A model generated the notes under the pieces. It was not told the DNA's origin. It saw only the letters and a program-made list of their open reading frames with translations, and did not search any database. This document shows, one piece after another, positions 47,609-57,775 of a DNA stretch of 64,000 bases. Location: positions 2,368,001-2,432,000 of the forward strand of contig CBDCWI010000002.1 in NCBI GenBank assembly GCA_965223325.1, given 5' to 3'. A program made the translations under genes and the position numbers. Source of the stretch: Candidatus Multivoradales bacterium. Lineage in GTDB: Bacteria > Acidobacteriota > Thermoanaerobaculia > Multivoradales > Multivoraceae. The first letter of the stretch is position 1. The number at the start of each line of letters is the position of its first letter.

Positions 47609-49078
47609 CTAGCCGGCGAGTTTCTGGTTGAGCTCTTTGATGCGCTCCATCAGCTTGTCGATCTTGCCTTGCGCTTCGTGCTTGAGGCGGCTGAAGTCGC
47701 CTTTGAGCTTCTCGCGATCCTCTTCGATGTCCTTGATGCGTTGACGTAGGTCCTCGATGATCCGGTCGCGCTCGGCAACCTTGGAGTTGACGGCTTGAAT
47801 GTCTTCGTCTTTCTGTTGCAGGCGTACCTGGGCCTGGGTTTCCTGGTCGTGGTACATCTTCTTGAACTCCTGGAGCTCGAGAATCTCTGAGAAGTCTGCG
47901 GCACTCATATCGTCACTTTCAATGATTTTGGGGAACATGCTTCGGAGCTTGAGCGAGAGATCGTCTGGGTCGGGCGATTGCTTCTTCGCCTCTTTGTAGG
48001 TGATGACACCGTGAACCAGGAGGGCGATCAGGGACTGGTTGGTCGTCTGCATCCGAAACAGACTCACCGACGACGCAATCTCTTCGTGGATGTCGGCAAC
48101 TTTGCCGCCTTCGATCAGTTTCGAGATCTTGGGGGAGTTGCGCATGATCTCGAGAACCGGAACGCGACCTTTGCCATCGGCCCGCTCGACCAGTTTGATC
48201 GAAATGACCGCTGCCAGAACCTGCGACAGCTGCGAGCGAATCTGTTCTTGCTGCGACGGTGGAAAGGCATCGAGAATACGGTCGATCGTTTGACCAGCAC
48301 TGTTGGTGTGCAGGGTCGAGAAGACGACGTGACCGGTTTCGGCGGCGGTGATGACGGTGGAGATGGTCTCCTGGTCACGCATCTCGCCAACCATGATGAC
48401 GTCTGGATCCTGACGCATGGCGTTGCGCAGGGCCTCGGGGAAACTCGGGGTGTCGGTTCCTACTTCGCGCTGTGAGACCGTCGCCGTGTCGTCACGCAAC
48501 AGGAACTCCATCGGGTCCTCGATGGTGATGACATTGACGGCACGCTCTTCAATGATCTTGCGCAGCATCGCCGCGAGCGTCGTCGACTTACCGCTGCCGG
48601 TTGGGCCGGTGACCAGCACCATGCCGGTCTTCAGTTCGCAGAACTCGTGCAGAACGGCTGGCAGCTCGAGGCTTTCGATGTCCATGACCTCGTAGGGCAC
48701 CAATCGAAACGAGGCTGCGAGGGTGCCGCGCTGCAGGTAGATGTTGCAGCGAAAGCGAGCCAGGCCTGGAACTCCGTAGCCGAGATCGACGGCGAGATCC
48801 TTCTCGAGTCGTGCCTTCTGGTGCGGCTGGAGAATTGCGCCCAGCATGCGGCCGATGTCTTCCGGCTTGAGATCCGGAATGCCATCAAGCGGCAAGATGT
48901 GACCATTGACGCGCAAGAGTGGCGGCCGGCCGGGCTTCAGGTGAAGGTCCGACGCTTCGCGCTCGGTCATGATGCGCAGCAGGTCGTCGACCTGGATGGC
49001 GTTCATCGCTTCCGAAGAAGCTGCCCCAGAAGCCTCCTGAACAGGCGCTTTCTGGGTCGGCGGATCGGTCTGGGTCAT
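47609..49078 (-). CDS. pilT: PilT/PilU-family ATPase with C-terminal coiled coil
   Basis: ASDLHL, TGPTGSGKST, TIEDP, RQDPDVIMVGEMRD, AETGH, STLHT. Confidence 0.92.
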   Translation of the reverse strand: MTQTDPPTQKAPVQEASGAASSEAMNAIQVDDLLRIMTEREASDLHLKPGRPPLLRVNGHILPLDGIPDLKPEDIGRMLGAILQPHQKARLEKDLAVDLGYGVPGLARFRCNIYLQRGTLAASFRLVPYEVMDIESLELPAVLHEFCELKTGMVLVTGPTGSGKSTTLAAMLRKIIEERAVNVITIEDPMEFLLRDDTATVSQREVGTDTPSFPEALRNAMRQDPDVIMVGEMRDQETISTVITAAETGHVVFSTLHTNSAGQTIDRILDAFPPSQQEQIRSQLSQVLAAVISIKLVERADGKGRVPVLEIMRNSPKISKLIEGGKVADIHEEIASSVSLFRMQTTNQSLIALLVHGVITYKEAKKQSPDPDDLSLKLRSMFPKIIESDDMSAADFSEILELQEFKKMYHDQETQAQVRLQQKDEDIQAVNSKVAERDRIIEDLRQRIKDIEEDREKLKGDFSRLKHEAQGKIDKLMERIKELNQKLAG

Positions 49079-49172
49079 GGGAAATCTCGCAGCTCTGGAT
49101 CGGAACGTGAAGACGCCAGGGGAGGCGAAAGGACGTCGGCCAGTCTAGCAGGATTTCGAAGAAAACGCAGAA

Positions 49173-50438
49173 TCACGACGCCCTGCGCGAGTACCCCTTC
49201 CGAGTGCCGTTTTGGCCCTTCTCGCCGGCATGATCCGCGCAACCAGCAGCCCCCAGAACCAGCGTCCGAAAGGCCTCGCGACTGCTTTCGGTGGGCAGAT
49301 TGGAGCCACCCACAGCCCGTGGGGCTTCGGCCGTCTTCTCCATGGCTCTCGCCAGGCCATGTTCGACCTCTCGGAGCGGCCCGACCGGCACGACAGAGAC
49401 AAGATCCGGTTCGAGGGCACTCTCGGCGATGGTGCGCGCGCCGCCCACGCCGAGCACGATGACCCGCTTCCCCATCGCCATCGCCTCTGCCAACGACAGG
49501 CCACCCTCCTCGCGCAGGCCGGTGAAGATCGCTCCTGACGAGCGCGCCACCAGATCGAAGTACTCGTCGCGTGGAATGCGACCCAGAAAGTCGACCCGGT
49601 CTTCAATACCGAGCTGGCTGGCCTGTCGACGCGCGGCCTTCTCGAGCGGGCCGGAGTTTGGAATCTTGAGTCGCAAGCTCTCTGTCTTCGCCAGGGCACA
49701 CAGTGCAACCGAAACGCCCTTGCGCCACTCGAGCGCACTTGGGAAGACCAGGTACGGCTCGGGCTCCACCTGGCTGGGCTCGGGAAGCTGCATGAGAAGC
49801 GTGTGGTTGAGAAGCTCTGTCTCGACTTGTAGCTCGCTGGGAAGCCTGGCGAGGGTTTCTTCGTTCTGCACCACCCGCACTGTCGCCTCTTGCCAGGTGC
49901 GCCGCGTCGACGGCAGGAGACTCATCATCTTGACTGCGAACTCGTCGAGCCACTCGTCGAGCAGGCCGTGGAGGTGATACACCGGCCGCAAGGGGCGCGG
50001 CGTTGTAACACCGCCCCCCACCGGACCCCAGACACTGGGCACGCCCAGGTCAACCACCGGGCTCGGCAGCCAGTAGGTCGAAAAGGTCGCGTGAACCGCC
50101 ACATCGAAGGAGTGCTCCCTCTGCAGTTGGCGCGCTCTCTTCCGCGCCCGCCCCAGCCACATGAAGTAATTGACAAACCAGGGCACCCGATGCCACTTCG
50201 TAAGCCGCCCCCAGAAAGGTTCCTGCACCTCGACCCACTCGAAGCCCCCCGGCCGGCCGCTCGCGTCGAGCCACTCCTCGACGCCCTCGGTGTGCTCCGG
50301 TCCGCCGATCACGACACAGTCGAACGCCGGCGCCAGAGTTTCAACCAGCGCCCAGCCTGCCCCCGGCTCGGAACCACGACCAGGTTCAGCCGAGTAGGCG
50401 ATCACCAGCGCCTTGGGACGACCCATCTCACCCGTCAT
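49173..50438 (-). CDS. GT4 glycosyltransferase
   Basis: AYSAEPGRGSEPGAGW, VWGPVGGG, EEGGLSLAEAMA. Confidence 0.88.
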   Translation of the reverse strand: MTGEMGRPKALVIAYSAEPGRGSEPGAGWALVETLAPAFDCVVIGGPEHTEGVEEWLDASGRPGGFEWVEVQEPFWGRLTKWHRVPWFVNYFMWLGRARKRARQLQREHSFDVAVHATFSTYWLPSPVVDLGVPSVWGPVGGGVTTPRPLRPVYHLHGLLDEWLDEFAVKMMSLLPSTRRTWQEATVRVVQNEETLARLPSELQVETELLNHTLLMQLPEPSQVEPEPYLVFPSALEWRKGVSVALCALAKTESLRLKIPNSGPLEKAARRQASQLGIEDRVDFLGRIPRDEYFDLVARSSGAIFTGLREEGGLSLAEAMAMGKRVIVLGVGGARTIAESALEPDLVSVVPVGPLREVEHGLARAMEKTAEAPRAVGGSNLPTESSREAFRTLVLGAAGCADHAGEKGQNGTRKGYSRRAS

Positions 50439-51558
50439 GGAGAAACTCACCAAGCGCCTGTTCATAGTCCTCTGCAACCTGATGCCAGCCATACGAGGCG
50501 GCCAGCGCTCGCGCCTTCTCTCGCCGCCCGGCCCAGTCCAGAGGAGTGAGCGCACTAAGTCGCTCGAGCATTCCGCCGGCAGCTTCGGGCGGCGAGACCC
50601 ACCCCGCATCACCAAGATCGATAGTCAAAGCGACGGTCGGACTGACCAATGCCGGCGTGCCGCACGCCAACGCTTCGAGCAATGACATCGACAGCCCTTC
50701 ACTGCGCGACAGCAGCATCAGTAGATCGGCCTCTCGATAGAGCGACCACAAGGAGTCGCCATAGAGCGGATCGAGCACCGTAACCCGCTCGGCGACGCCA
50801 AGTTCAGCGGCCAGCGATTCGAGAGTGGAACGACTCTCTCCCCAATCGACCCCGGCAAATGCCAGGTGCCAGTCGCTGGTAATAGCAATGGCCTTGACCA
50901 TTTGATCGAGGCGTTTGTAGTCGACTTCGAGACGCCCGGCGTAGAGCGCCAGCCTGGCGCCTGCTGGAACGCCCAACTTCTCTCGCCACGCCACCTCCAC
51001 CTCTGCAGGCGAATCGCCCCGTTGCAGGTCGACCCCATTCGCGACCCGTCGCACCGGACCGTCGAAGCCGTACCAACGGACGTCGCGCTCTTCCTTCTCA
51101 TTGAGCGCCATGACACCCAGCGCACCGGCGAGCATTGGTCGCCCGGCCGCCAGCCGGTAGATGCTCTTGAGAACGCGCTTACGTTTTGCCATCTCGGGAG
51201 CGCAGGTGCCATGCGGCGACACGACGTATGACTGCCCCGCCGCTCGCAGGCTGCGGGCCAGAAACAGGTTGCGCGGGGTGAGCACGTTGTGGAGGTGCAC
51301 CACCACATCGTCGGCGTCTCTGAGCCGGGCGACGGCCTTTTTCCAGTCTTTTCCGCGCCCCGACGGAAGCTGATGGGCCACCACACCGCGCCGTTCGACG
51401 GCCGCCTGGCTCCAGTCTCCGCGCCCCGGCCATTCGTCGAAGAACCAGGCTTCGACCTTCTGACCGCGCTCGGCAAGGGCGACTGCGAGTCCCAGGATTG
51501 CTGGGACCGCGCCAGAGCAGGGGCTTACCCCCTCGGGCAGGACATGGACTATCGTCAT
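50428..51558 (-). CDS. GT4 glycosyltransferase
   Basis: VVSPHG, YAGRL, SRSEGLSMSLLEALACGTP. Confidence 0.9.
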   Translation of the reverse strand: MTIVHVLPEGVSPCSGAVPAILGLAVALAERGQKVEAWFFDEWPGRGDWSQAAVERRGVVAHQLPSGRGKDWKKAVARLRDADDVVVHLHNVLTPRNLFLARSLRAAGQSYVVSPHGTCAPEMAKRKRVLKSIYRLAAGRPMLAGALGVMALNEKEERDVRWYGFDGPVRRVANGVDLQRGDSPAEVEVAWREKLGVPAGARLALYAGRLEVDYKRLDQMVKAIAITSDWHLAFAGVDWGESRSTLESLAAELGVAERVTVLDPLYGDSLWSLYREADLLMLLSRSEGLSMSLLEALACGTPALVSPTVALTIDLGDAGWVSPPEAAGGMLERLSALTPLDWAGRREKARALAASYGWHQVAEDYEQALGEFLHDG

Positions 51559-51699
51559 AGGCGCAAATCGACAGAAAGCCCGGCCGAGAGTCCGGGTTTC
51601 CAAGGAAAACTGCGAGGAGCCCAGCTCCAGTTTAGAGATAGATGGATTGGAACGCAACAGACGGCGAAGTCGGGCGACTGCGCCCGGAGTGCCACCTGG

Positions 51700-52629
51700 A
51701 TGGGTGAGCTCGTTGCGGTGGGCAGACGCGGCCTTCGTTTCGCCCTCGCCTGGCGGCCGCTGGAAGCCCTCGTCCACCGCCGGGCCGCAAGGGCCGGGAA
51801 ATCGCTGATCCTCGTTTATCACCGAATCGGCCCGGCCCAGCTCGAGGAGATCGTGCCGTCGGTGCCCGCAGAGCGCTTCGAGTTTCAGCTCACTACCCTG
51901 GCCCACCTGGGGCACGTTCTGCCCCTTGAACAACTCCTCGACTTCGCGCCCGGGCACAGACCCCGATTCGCCATCACCTTCGATGACGACTATCGAGGGC
52001 ACCTCGCCGCTGCGCTTCCGATTGCCCGGAAGCACGGGATTGAACCAACATTCTTTCTCAACGGGCGCGAGTTCTTTGGCGACGGCCCCTACTGGTGGCA
52101 ACACCTCGAGGCGGCGATTCGCCGCGACGGACTCGCAGCCGTCGCCGAGGCTACGAATGAGCGCGGAGCGTCAACTCGCTTCGAACTCGCCGCCCGCCTC
52201 GAGGTCAACGGGCGGGGCGATGAGCTGCTCCGACCGTTTATCGACCTGCCGACAGACCCTCTCCTCGACTCTGCCCAACTCGCACAGCTCGCTCGCTCCG
52301 CGCGGGTCGGCTTTCACACGCGTCACCATCCCCTGCTCGTCGGCAGGAGCAATGCGACAGTCGAGAGCGCCCTCGTCGAAGGGTGCCCGGAGCTCGCCCG
52401 ACACCTCCAACAGCCACTGGACCAGTTGGCCTACCCCCACGGCAAGATCGACGACGCGGCGCTGGCGGTGGTTCGCCAGCACGGCAACCTGCGGCACGCC
52501 TTCACCGGCGCCGCGCGCACCTGCACGCGACGCTCAGACCCGTTTCAGCTGGCGCGCTGGGACCCGAGCTTCATAACCCAGGGCTTTCGCCGAGAGCTCG
52601 CCCTACGCCTCTTCTTTCGCGCGCTCTGA
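51700..52629 (+). CDS. Polysaccharide deacetylase (CE4)
   Basis: LVYHRI, ITFDDDY, GFHTRHH, LAYPHG; start uncertain. Confidence 0.85.
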   Translation: MGELVAVGRRGLRFALAWRPLEALVHRRAARAGKSLILVYHRIGPAQLEEIVPSVPAERFEFQLTTLAHLGHVLPLEQLLDFAPGHRPRFAITFDDDYRGHLAAALPIARKHGIEPTFFLNGREFFGDGPYWWQHLEAAIRRDGLAAVAEATNERGASTRFELAARLEVNGRGDELLRPFIDLPTDPLLDSAQLAQLARSARVGFHTRHHPLLVGRSNATVESALVEGCPELARHLQQPLDQLAYPHGKIDDAALAVVRQHGNLRHAFTGAARTCTRRSDPFQLARWDPSFITQGFRRELALRLFFRAL

Positions 52630-53340
52630 GACAACGTCGGCGTCGTTGCGCACCGCCTCTACCACCCAGAGGGCCGGTCGACCCACTCCAGGCAACACCA
52701 GATCGAGCAATAACCCGAGGATGTTGGTGAGCCACGCCACTGCGGGTACCAGGTAGCGAAGAACGCGCACCCGACGTGCGGTGCCTGCGACGATCCGCCC
52801 GAGGTTGTAGGCAAGAGCGGTTCCGCGACCGCCAACGCCACGAATCGAAAGGGAGAACCCTGACCCAAAGAGCGCCGCCAGCTCCTCCCGGGAGTAGTCC
52901 CGCTCATGCGGTAGCTCCTTTCGCTGGCCACAAGGGACCGTCACGATCGCACACCCACCGGGGCGCAAGACTCGCGCCATCTCGCCCACCAGCCGCTGGT
53001 CGTTGGAGACCTGGTAGAGCGCCTGCGTACAAAGCACCAGGCCCAACGATTGATCGGCGAACGGCAGCGCCTCGCGAGCCAGCACCGAAGGCGTTGTGAA
53101 ATGGCAGTCGATATCGAGCGACCAAAGAGGTCTGGCATCCACCAGCTCAGCGTAGGGACGGGTACCGCAGAACAGATCGAGCACTGGCTTGAGATCGCTG
53201 CCGGCCTCCTCGAGCGCCCCCTCGACTGCCGCAGCCAGCTCGCGCAACTGCAGCGCGTCGGTCTGGAAAAGCGTGGGCGACCGCTTCTCTCGAGCGACTT
53301 CTTCACACCAGGCGCGCGGCATTGGGCTTCTAAGGGTCAC
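52603..53340 (-). CDS. Class I SAM-dependent methyltransferase
   Basis: VLDLFCGTRPY, LPFADQS, EMARVLRPGG. Confidence 0.85.
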   Translation of the reverse strand: MTLRSPMPRAWCEEVAREKRSPTLFQTDALQLRELAAAVEGALEEAGSDLKPVLDLFCGTRPYAELVDARPLWSLDIDCHFTTPSVLAREALPFADQSLGLVLCTQALYQVSNDQRLVGEMARVLRPGGCAIVTVPCGQRKELPHERDYSREELAALFGSGFSLSIRGVGGRGTALAYNLGRIVAGTARRVRVLRYLVPAVAWLTNILGLLLDLVLPGVGRPALWVVEAVRNDADVVSERAKEEA

Positions 53341-53346
53341 GCCGGT

Positions 53347-54381
53347 TTAGTCCCGATCACCGGCCCGTAGCGCGGCCAGCCAGGGCTCAGCACGCGCTCC
53401 CCAGGCATCCGAGCTGCCGGGGTCGGGGCGCCGGGAGATTCCCAGGAGCGCCGCGAACCAGCGCGCTACTGAAGACCTATCGCCCTCGCGCACACAGTCT
53501 CGGTAGAGCTTCATCGCCCCGCGGCGGTCACCGCGGGCCAGTCGATGCCAGGCGATCCAGCGATAGACGAAGGCCCGGTCGACTTTCCCCCCGACCAGCC
53601 GGTGACGGTGGCGCTCTTCGATGCGCAACATCTCCCCCTGCACTCCCTCGGGGTCGAGCGACATGTTGCTGTCGTGTCGCAGGTACCCGACGTCTGGCTC
53701 ATCGATCATCGCCGGCGCTCCGAGCTCGAGCAGGCGGATCCACAGGTCCCAGTCCGCCATGTGATGAAGGCCCCGATCAAAACCTCCCAGGCGCTCGAAC
53801 TCCACGCGGCGCATGAAGACATTCGATGATCCCGCCGGCACCACATTGCGCCGGAGCAAGGTCGTCTCCACCGACGAAGCGGGCGGTGGGCGCGAAACGC
53901 CGAGCACCTCGAGATCCGGATCGATCCACACCGACCCGGAGAAACCCCACGACCGATCGAGCGCGCTCGCGGCCTCGATCTGGCGACTGAGTTTCGCGGG
54001 CGACCAGAGGTCATCGTCGTCGAGAAACGCCAGCCAGGTCCCGGAGGCAGCTGCAGCTCCCCGGTTGCGCGCTGCGGCCACACCGGTCGCGTGCTTCTCG
54101 ACCACCAGGCGGGCGGTCTCGAAGCCCTCGACGATCTCGGCGTTCTGTGCGGCATTGCCAGGCTCTGAGCCGTCGTCGGACACGACGATCTCAACCTCGA
54201 CGCCGATCTGCGCGGCAACGCAGGCAACCGAACGCGCCAGGTATCGCGGACGGTTGTGCGTCGGAATGACGACCGAGACCTCTGGCGGTACGCCCGCTGC
54301 GCCGTGTGAGTCTGCCTGGTTCAAGGAAAGGACGCTCCAAATCGTGCGAGTCCATCGCTCACGGTGCACATGCCGTGCCAC
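53347..54381 (-). CDS. GT2 glycosyltransferase
   Basis: VSVVIPTHNR, SDDGS, ARNRG, FLDDDD, DWDLW; true start probably somewhat downstream. Confidence 0.9.
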   Translation of the reverse strand: MARHVHRERWTRTIWSVLSLNQADSHGAAGVPPEVSVVIPTHNRPRYLARSVACVAAQIGVEVEIVVSDDGSEPGNAAQNAEIVEGFETARLVVEKHATGVAAARNRGAAAASGTWLAFLDDDDLWSPAKLSRQIEAASALDRSWGFSGSVWIDPDLEVLGVSRPPPASSVETTLLRRNVVPAGSSNVFMRRVEFERLGGFDRGLHHMADWDLWIRLLELGAPAMIDEPDVGYLRHDSNMSLDPEGVQGEMLRIEERHRHRLVGGKVDRAFVYRWIAWHRLARGDRRGAMKLYRDCVREGDRSSVARWFAALLGISRRPDPGSSDAWGARAEPWLAALRAGDRD

Positions 54382-54515
54382 GCTGGGACGGCTCGCCTCG
54401 TCGCAGCCAACGCCAGAGGGGCTCCTCGTCGGGCATCGGACTTGCTTGACAAAGTGTTCGAATGAGTACGAAGGGGTTCGAATCGCTTCGAATGGTCCGA
54501 ATGATCCGGTAAGAC

Positions 54516-56258
54516 ATGACCACGCAGCTACCAGAACGTCGCAACAACCCCGCGAAACCCGCCGCCAGTCTGGTCGTCCCGACCTTCGAGCGTCGCGAGA
54601 CGGTGGTCAATCTTCTGCGGCACCTCGAGCGGCAAACGACCACCCAGCCCTTCGAGGTCGTGGTCTCGGTCGACGGCTCGTCCGACGGCACCCTGGGAGC
54701 GCTCGCGGAGGTCGACGCGAGCTTCCCAGTGCGGGTGCTCTTTCATCCCAACCACGGTCTGTCGTTTACCCGCAACCGCGGTGCCCGGCGGGCCAGGGCA
54801 CCGGTGATCATCTTTCTCGACGACGACATGACGCCCGATGCTGCCCTGATCGAAGAGCACCTCGCCAGTCACCTGCGCGGTGCAGATGTCGTCCTCGGAG
54901 CGATGCCCCTGGATCCGACGTCGCCCGACAACCTGTTGGCGCGAGGGGTCGGCGTGTGGGGTGATGATCTCGCCGCCCGTCTGCTCGAGAACCCACCGAC
55001 CTGGCGTGATGTGTTCGGCGGCCATCTCTCGGTCAAGAAGGCGGTCTTCGACGCGTTGGGCGGCTTCGACGAGCGCTTTACTCGCCGCGGCACCTACGGG
55101 CACGAGGATCTGGACTTTGGCTACCGGCTGCATGAGCGAGGCCACCGGGTGGTCTTCAACCCCAAGGCCAAGGCCTCGCAGCTGTTCCTCAACAGCGCCG
55201 CGACAGTTCTCTGCCAGTCGTTCGAGAGCGGGCGTGCCGACGTTCATCTGGCCCGCAAACACCCGGCGCTAGTCCCCGAGATCTTCGACCAGGACGACTC
55301 CGAACTCTCGCGCACTGCTCGCTGGCTCGTCGACTTGGCCCCGCCAGTGGCCGCTCTCGTGGTCAGGCTGGCCGGCCCAGCCACCGCGAGCCTGATCGAC
55401 CGCACGAAAAGCGGCGGACTGCGGGCACGATGGTTTCATTTCCTGCGGGCGATCAGACGCTGGCAAGGCGTTCGTCACGCCGGCGGGCGTCCTCGACAGA
55501 ATCCGTTTCGCATCCTCTGCTATCACGCCGTAGAAGACCTCGGCGAGTGCCCGGTGCTCGCCGAGTACGGAATACCGGCGGCCCAACTCGATCGTCACCT
55601 CACCCTGCTCGAAGAGAGCGGCCATCAGATTCTCGATCCTGACGAGGCGCTCGAAGCCCTACTTGGGCGGCGCGGTCTTCCAGAACGCGGGGTTCTCCTG
55701 ACGTTCGACGACTGCTACCGAAGCCTGTCGGAGCACGGGGCCGCCGTCCTCGCCGAGCACGCCGTGCGCGCGCTCGCGTTCGTGGTCACTGGCGAAGTTG
55801 GCGGCTCCAACACCTGGGACGAGAGGCACAACGCCAAGAAGCTAACCCTCATGGACGAGGAGCAGCTTCGGGCCTGGACCGGAGCGGGTCACGCGCTGGG
55901 AGCGCATTCGCGGAGCCACCCTTTGCTCCCGGGTCTCGGAGGCCAACTGAGCTCTGAAGTCGACGGGGCCCTCGATGACCTCGAGGCTCTCGACCTCGGC
56001 GCGAGACGGGTGTTTGCCTACCCACACGGCGGTTACGACCAGCGGGTGCTGGAGCGATGCCGAAAAGCGAAGGTCGAACTCGCATTCAGCGTCGAACCCG
56101 GCCGCGCGCGGCCCGGGAAGCAGCTCCTGCGCGTCCCACGGACAGAGATCATGCGGAGCGCAAGCGACTTCCAGTTCCTCAACTCGGTCAGAGGCCGCGG
56201 CGAAGGTTGGTCACTCGCCAAGGTTCACCTCAAGAGATTCCTACGACGAGGGGTCTGA
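54516..56258 (+). CDS. GT2 glycosyltransferase fused to polysaccharide deacetylase
   Basis: VVPTFER, DGSSD, FLDDD, HEDLDF; then LCYH, LTFDD, HSRSH, FAYPHG. Confidence 0.9.
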   Translation: MTTQLPERRNNPAKPAASLVVPTFERRETVVNLLRHLERQTTTQPFEVVVSVDGSSDGTLGALAEVDASFPVRVLFHPNHGLSFTRNRGARRARAPVIIFLDDDMTPDAALIEEHLASHLRGADVVLGAMPLDPTSPDNLLARGVGVWGDDLAARLLENPPTWRDVFGGHLSVKKAVFDALGGFDERFTRRGTYGHEDLDFGYRLHERGHRVVFNPKAKASQLFLNSAATVLCQSFESGRADVHLARKHPALVPEIFDQDDSELSRTARWLVDLAPPVAALVVRLAGPATASLIDRTKSGGLRARWFHFLRAIRRWQGVRHAGGRPRQNPFRILCYHAVEDLGECPVLAEYGIPAAQLDRHLTLLEESGHQILDPDEALEALLGRRGLPERGVLLTFDDCYRSLSEHGAAVLAEHAVRALAFVVTGEVGGSNTWDERHNAKKLTLMDEEQLRAWTGAGHALGAHSRSHPLLPGLGGQLSSEVDGALDDLEALDLGARRVFAYPHGGYDQRVLERCRKAKVELAFSVEPGRARPGKQLLRVPRTEIMRSASDFQFLNSVRGRGEGWSLAKVHLKRFLRRGV

Positions 56259-57758
56259 CCCCAACCAGTCGAGCGCATCGCGCCTCATCTGTCGACCGCG
56301 TAATGAAACGTCGAGCGACCACCACAGGACGGCAGAAACCAGAAGCCCGCTGGCAAGACAGACGGCAAGCTGCCCGAGGCCAGCAACCGAAGCTTCGAAG
56401 CTTGGGTTGCCGCCGGCCGTTCCATCGATCTCGAAGACCCGCGCCGCCAGCAACCAGGCCACCGCAGAACCACCGAGAGCAGCAGCCGCTACGACCGAAA
56501 GATCTGCCAGGAGGGGCCTCCTCATCACAGCCGTTCGACGATGCGCCAGGTAGCTCCCGGCAGCAGCCGACGCCAGGCCACCGAATAGAAACGCCACCGT
56601 TGGACCGAGCAGGCCCCAGGTCCCGATCAGAGCGACCCCGAGAGCAACGATCACGCCGGCGCGAAGAAGCTGCGCCACCATCTCGGCGCGCGTGTTGTCA
56701 CGCGCACGCAAGGTCGGCACGGCGACATCGGTGGCCAGGCCAATCCACCCCTCGAAGAGCAACAGCGGTAGGAGCGGCAGAATCGGCAACCACGTCGCGC
56801 CGAGCACCAGGAGCACGAGAGGCCCAGCGAGAACGGCGAGCAGCAGGGAGGCCGGGGTAAGAGCCGACCAACCCAGAACCAGCGCGCGCGCCACCGATCG
56901 AGCCGCTAGCTCTGGCTTCGCTGCCAGCCGTGATTGTTCGCTCATCACCACCGAGGAGATCGGGTCGCCAATCAACTCGTTGGGGAGCTGGCCGATGCGC
57001 CGAGCCATGAAGAAAACGCCCAGCGCCCCTGCGCCCAGCGTGCGCGAAACCAGCGACTGAAGGAAGGCGTCGGCTGCTACACCAGCGATCGTCGCCAGCA
57101 GGATGTAACGCCCAAAGCCAACGAACGAGCGCGCCACCTCTCGATCGAAGCGCAGTCGAGGCCAGAGGGGAGCGAGAACGTAGGACGCAGCGATCGCCCC
57201 GAGCCGACCACCCAGGGCGCCCCAGACCAGCGCCCAGGCACCCAGCGACCGGGCCAGAGCGACCGCGATCACGATGTCGAGAACGCTTTCCGAAAGTGCA
57301 GTGAGCACCGTGGGTCGGAAGTCCATCACTCGCCTTCGAAGCACCAGGCCGACGCTCTGAAGCGAAGTCAGAAAGGGGGCGAGCGCAAAAACCGCGATCA
57401 GCGGTTCCGCGTCGGGCTCACCAAACAGGTGGGCGGCAGCCGGTGCAGTGACGACGCCCACCAGCGAGACCAACGCACCGCGGGTCACACCGAGCGTCCA
57501 GGCCACCTGGCCGCGCCGGTCATCGGCGGTCTCCGACTGGACGAGCGCAGCATCGAAACCGAAGTGAGACAGGGCCTCGAAAAGCGAGATAGTGACCACG
57601 GCGGCCGAGAAGAGGCCGAAATCCCTCGGCGCCAACAATCGGGCGAGCACCAGGGTCCTCAAGAGTGAGATTCCGCGCGCCGAAAGCACTCGGCCCATCG
57701 TCCAGGCGAGCCCGCGGCGAACCGTCGAGGGCCGAGCGGGCGGGTTCTCTGTCGTCAT
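56241..57758 (-). CDS. Wzx-like oligosaccharide flippase
   Basis: LARLLAPRDFGL, GAWALV, about 12 TM segments. Confidence 0.88.
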   Translation of the reverse strand: MTTENPPARPSTVRRGLAWTMGRVLSARGISLLRTLVLARLLAPRDFGLFSAAVVTISLFEALSHFGFDAALVQSETADDRRGQVAWTLGVTRGALVSLVGVVTAPAAAHLFGEPDAEPLIAVFALAPFLTSLQSVGLVLRRRVMDFRPTVLTALSESVLDIVIAVALARSLGAWALVWGALGGRLGAIAASYVLAPLWPRLRFDREVARSFVGFGRYILLATIAGVAADAFLQSLVSRTLGAGALGVFFMARRIGQLPNELIGDPISSVVMSEQSRLAAKPELAARSVARALVLGWSALTPASLLLAVLAGPLVLLVLGATWLPILPLLPLLLFEGWIGLATDVAVPTLRARDNTRAEMVAQLLRAGVIVALGVALIGTWGLLGPTVAFLFGGLASAAAGSYLAHRRTAVMRRPLLADLSVVAAAALGGSAVAWLLAARVFEIDGTAGGNPSFEASVAGLGQLAVCLASGLLVSAVLWWSLDVSLRGRQMRRDALDWLGSDPSS

Positions 57759-57775
57759 GCGGTAGTTCTTGCCGT

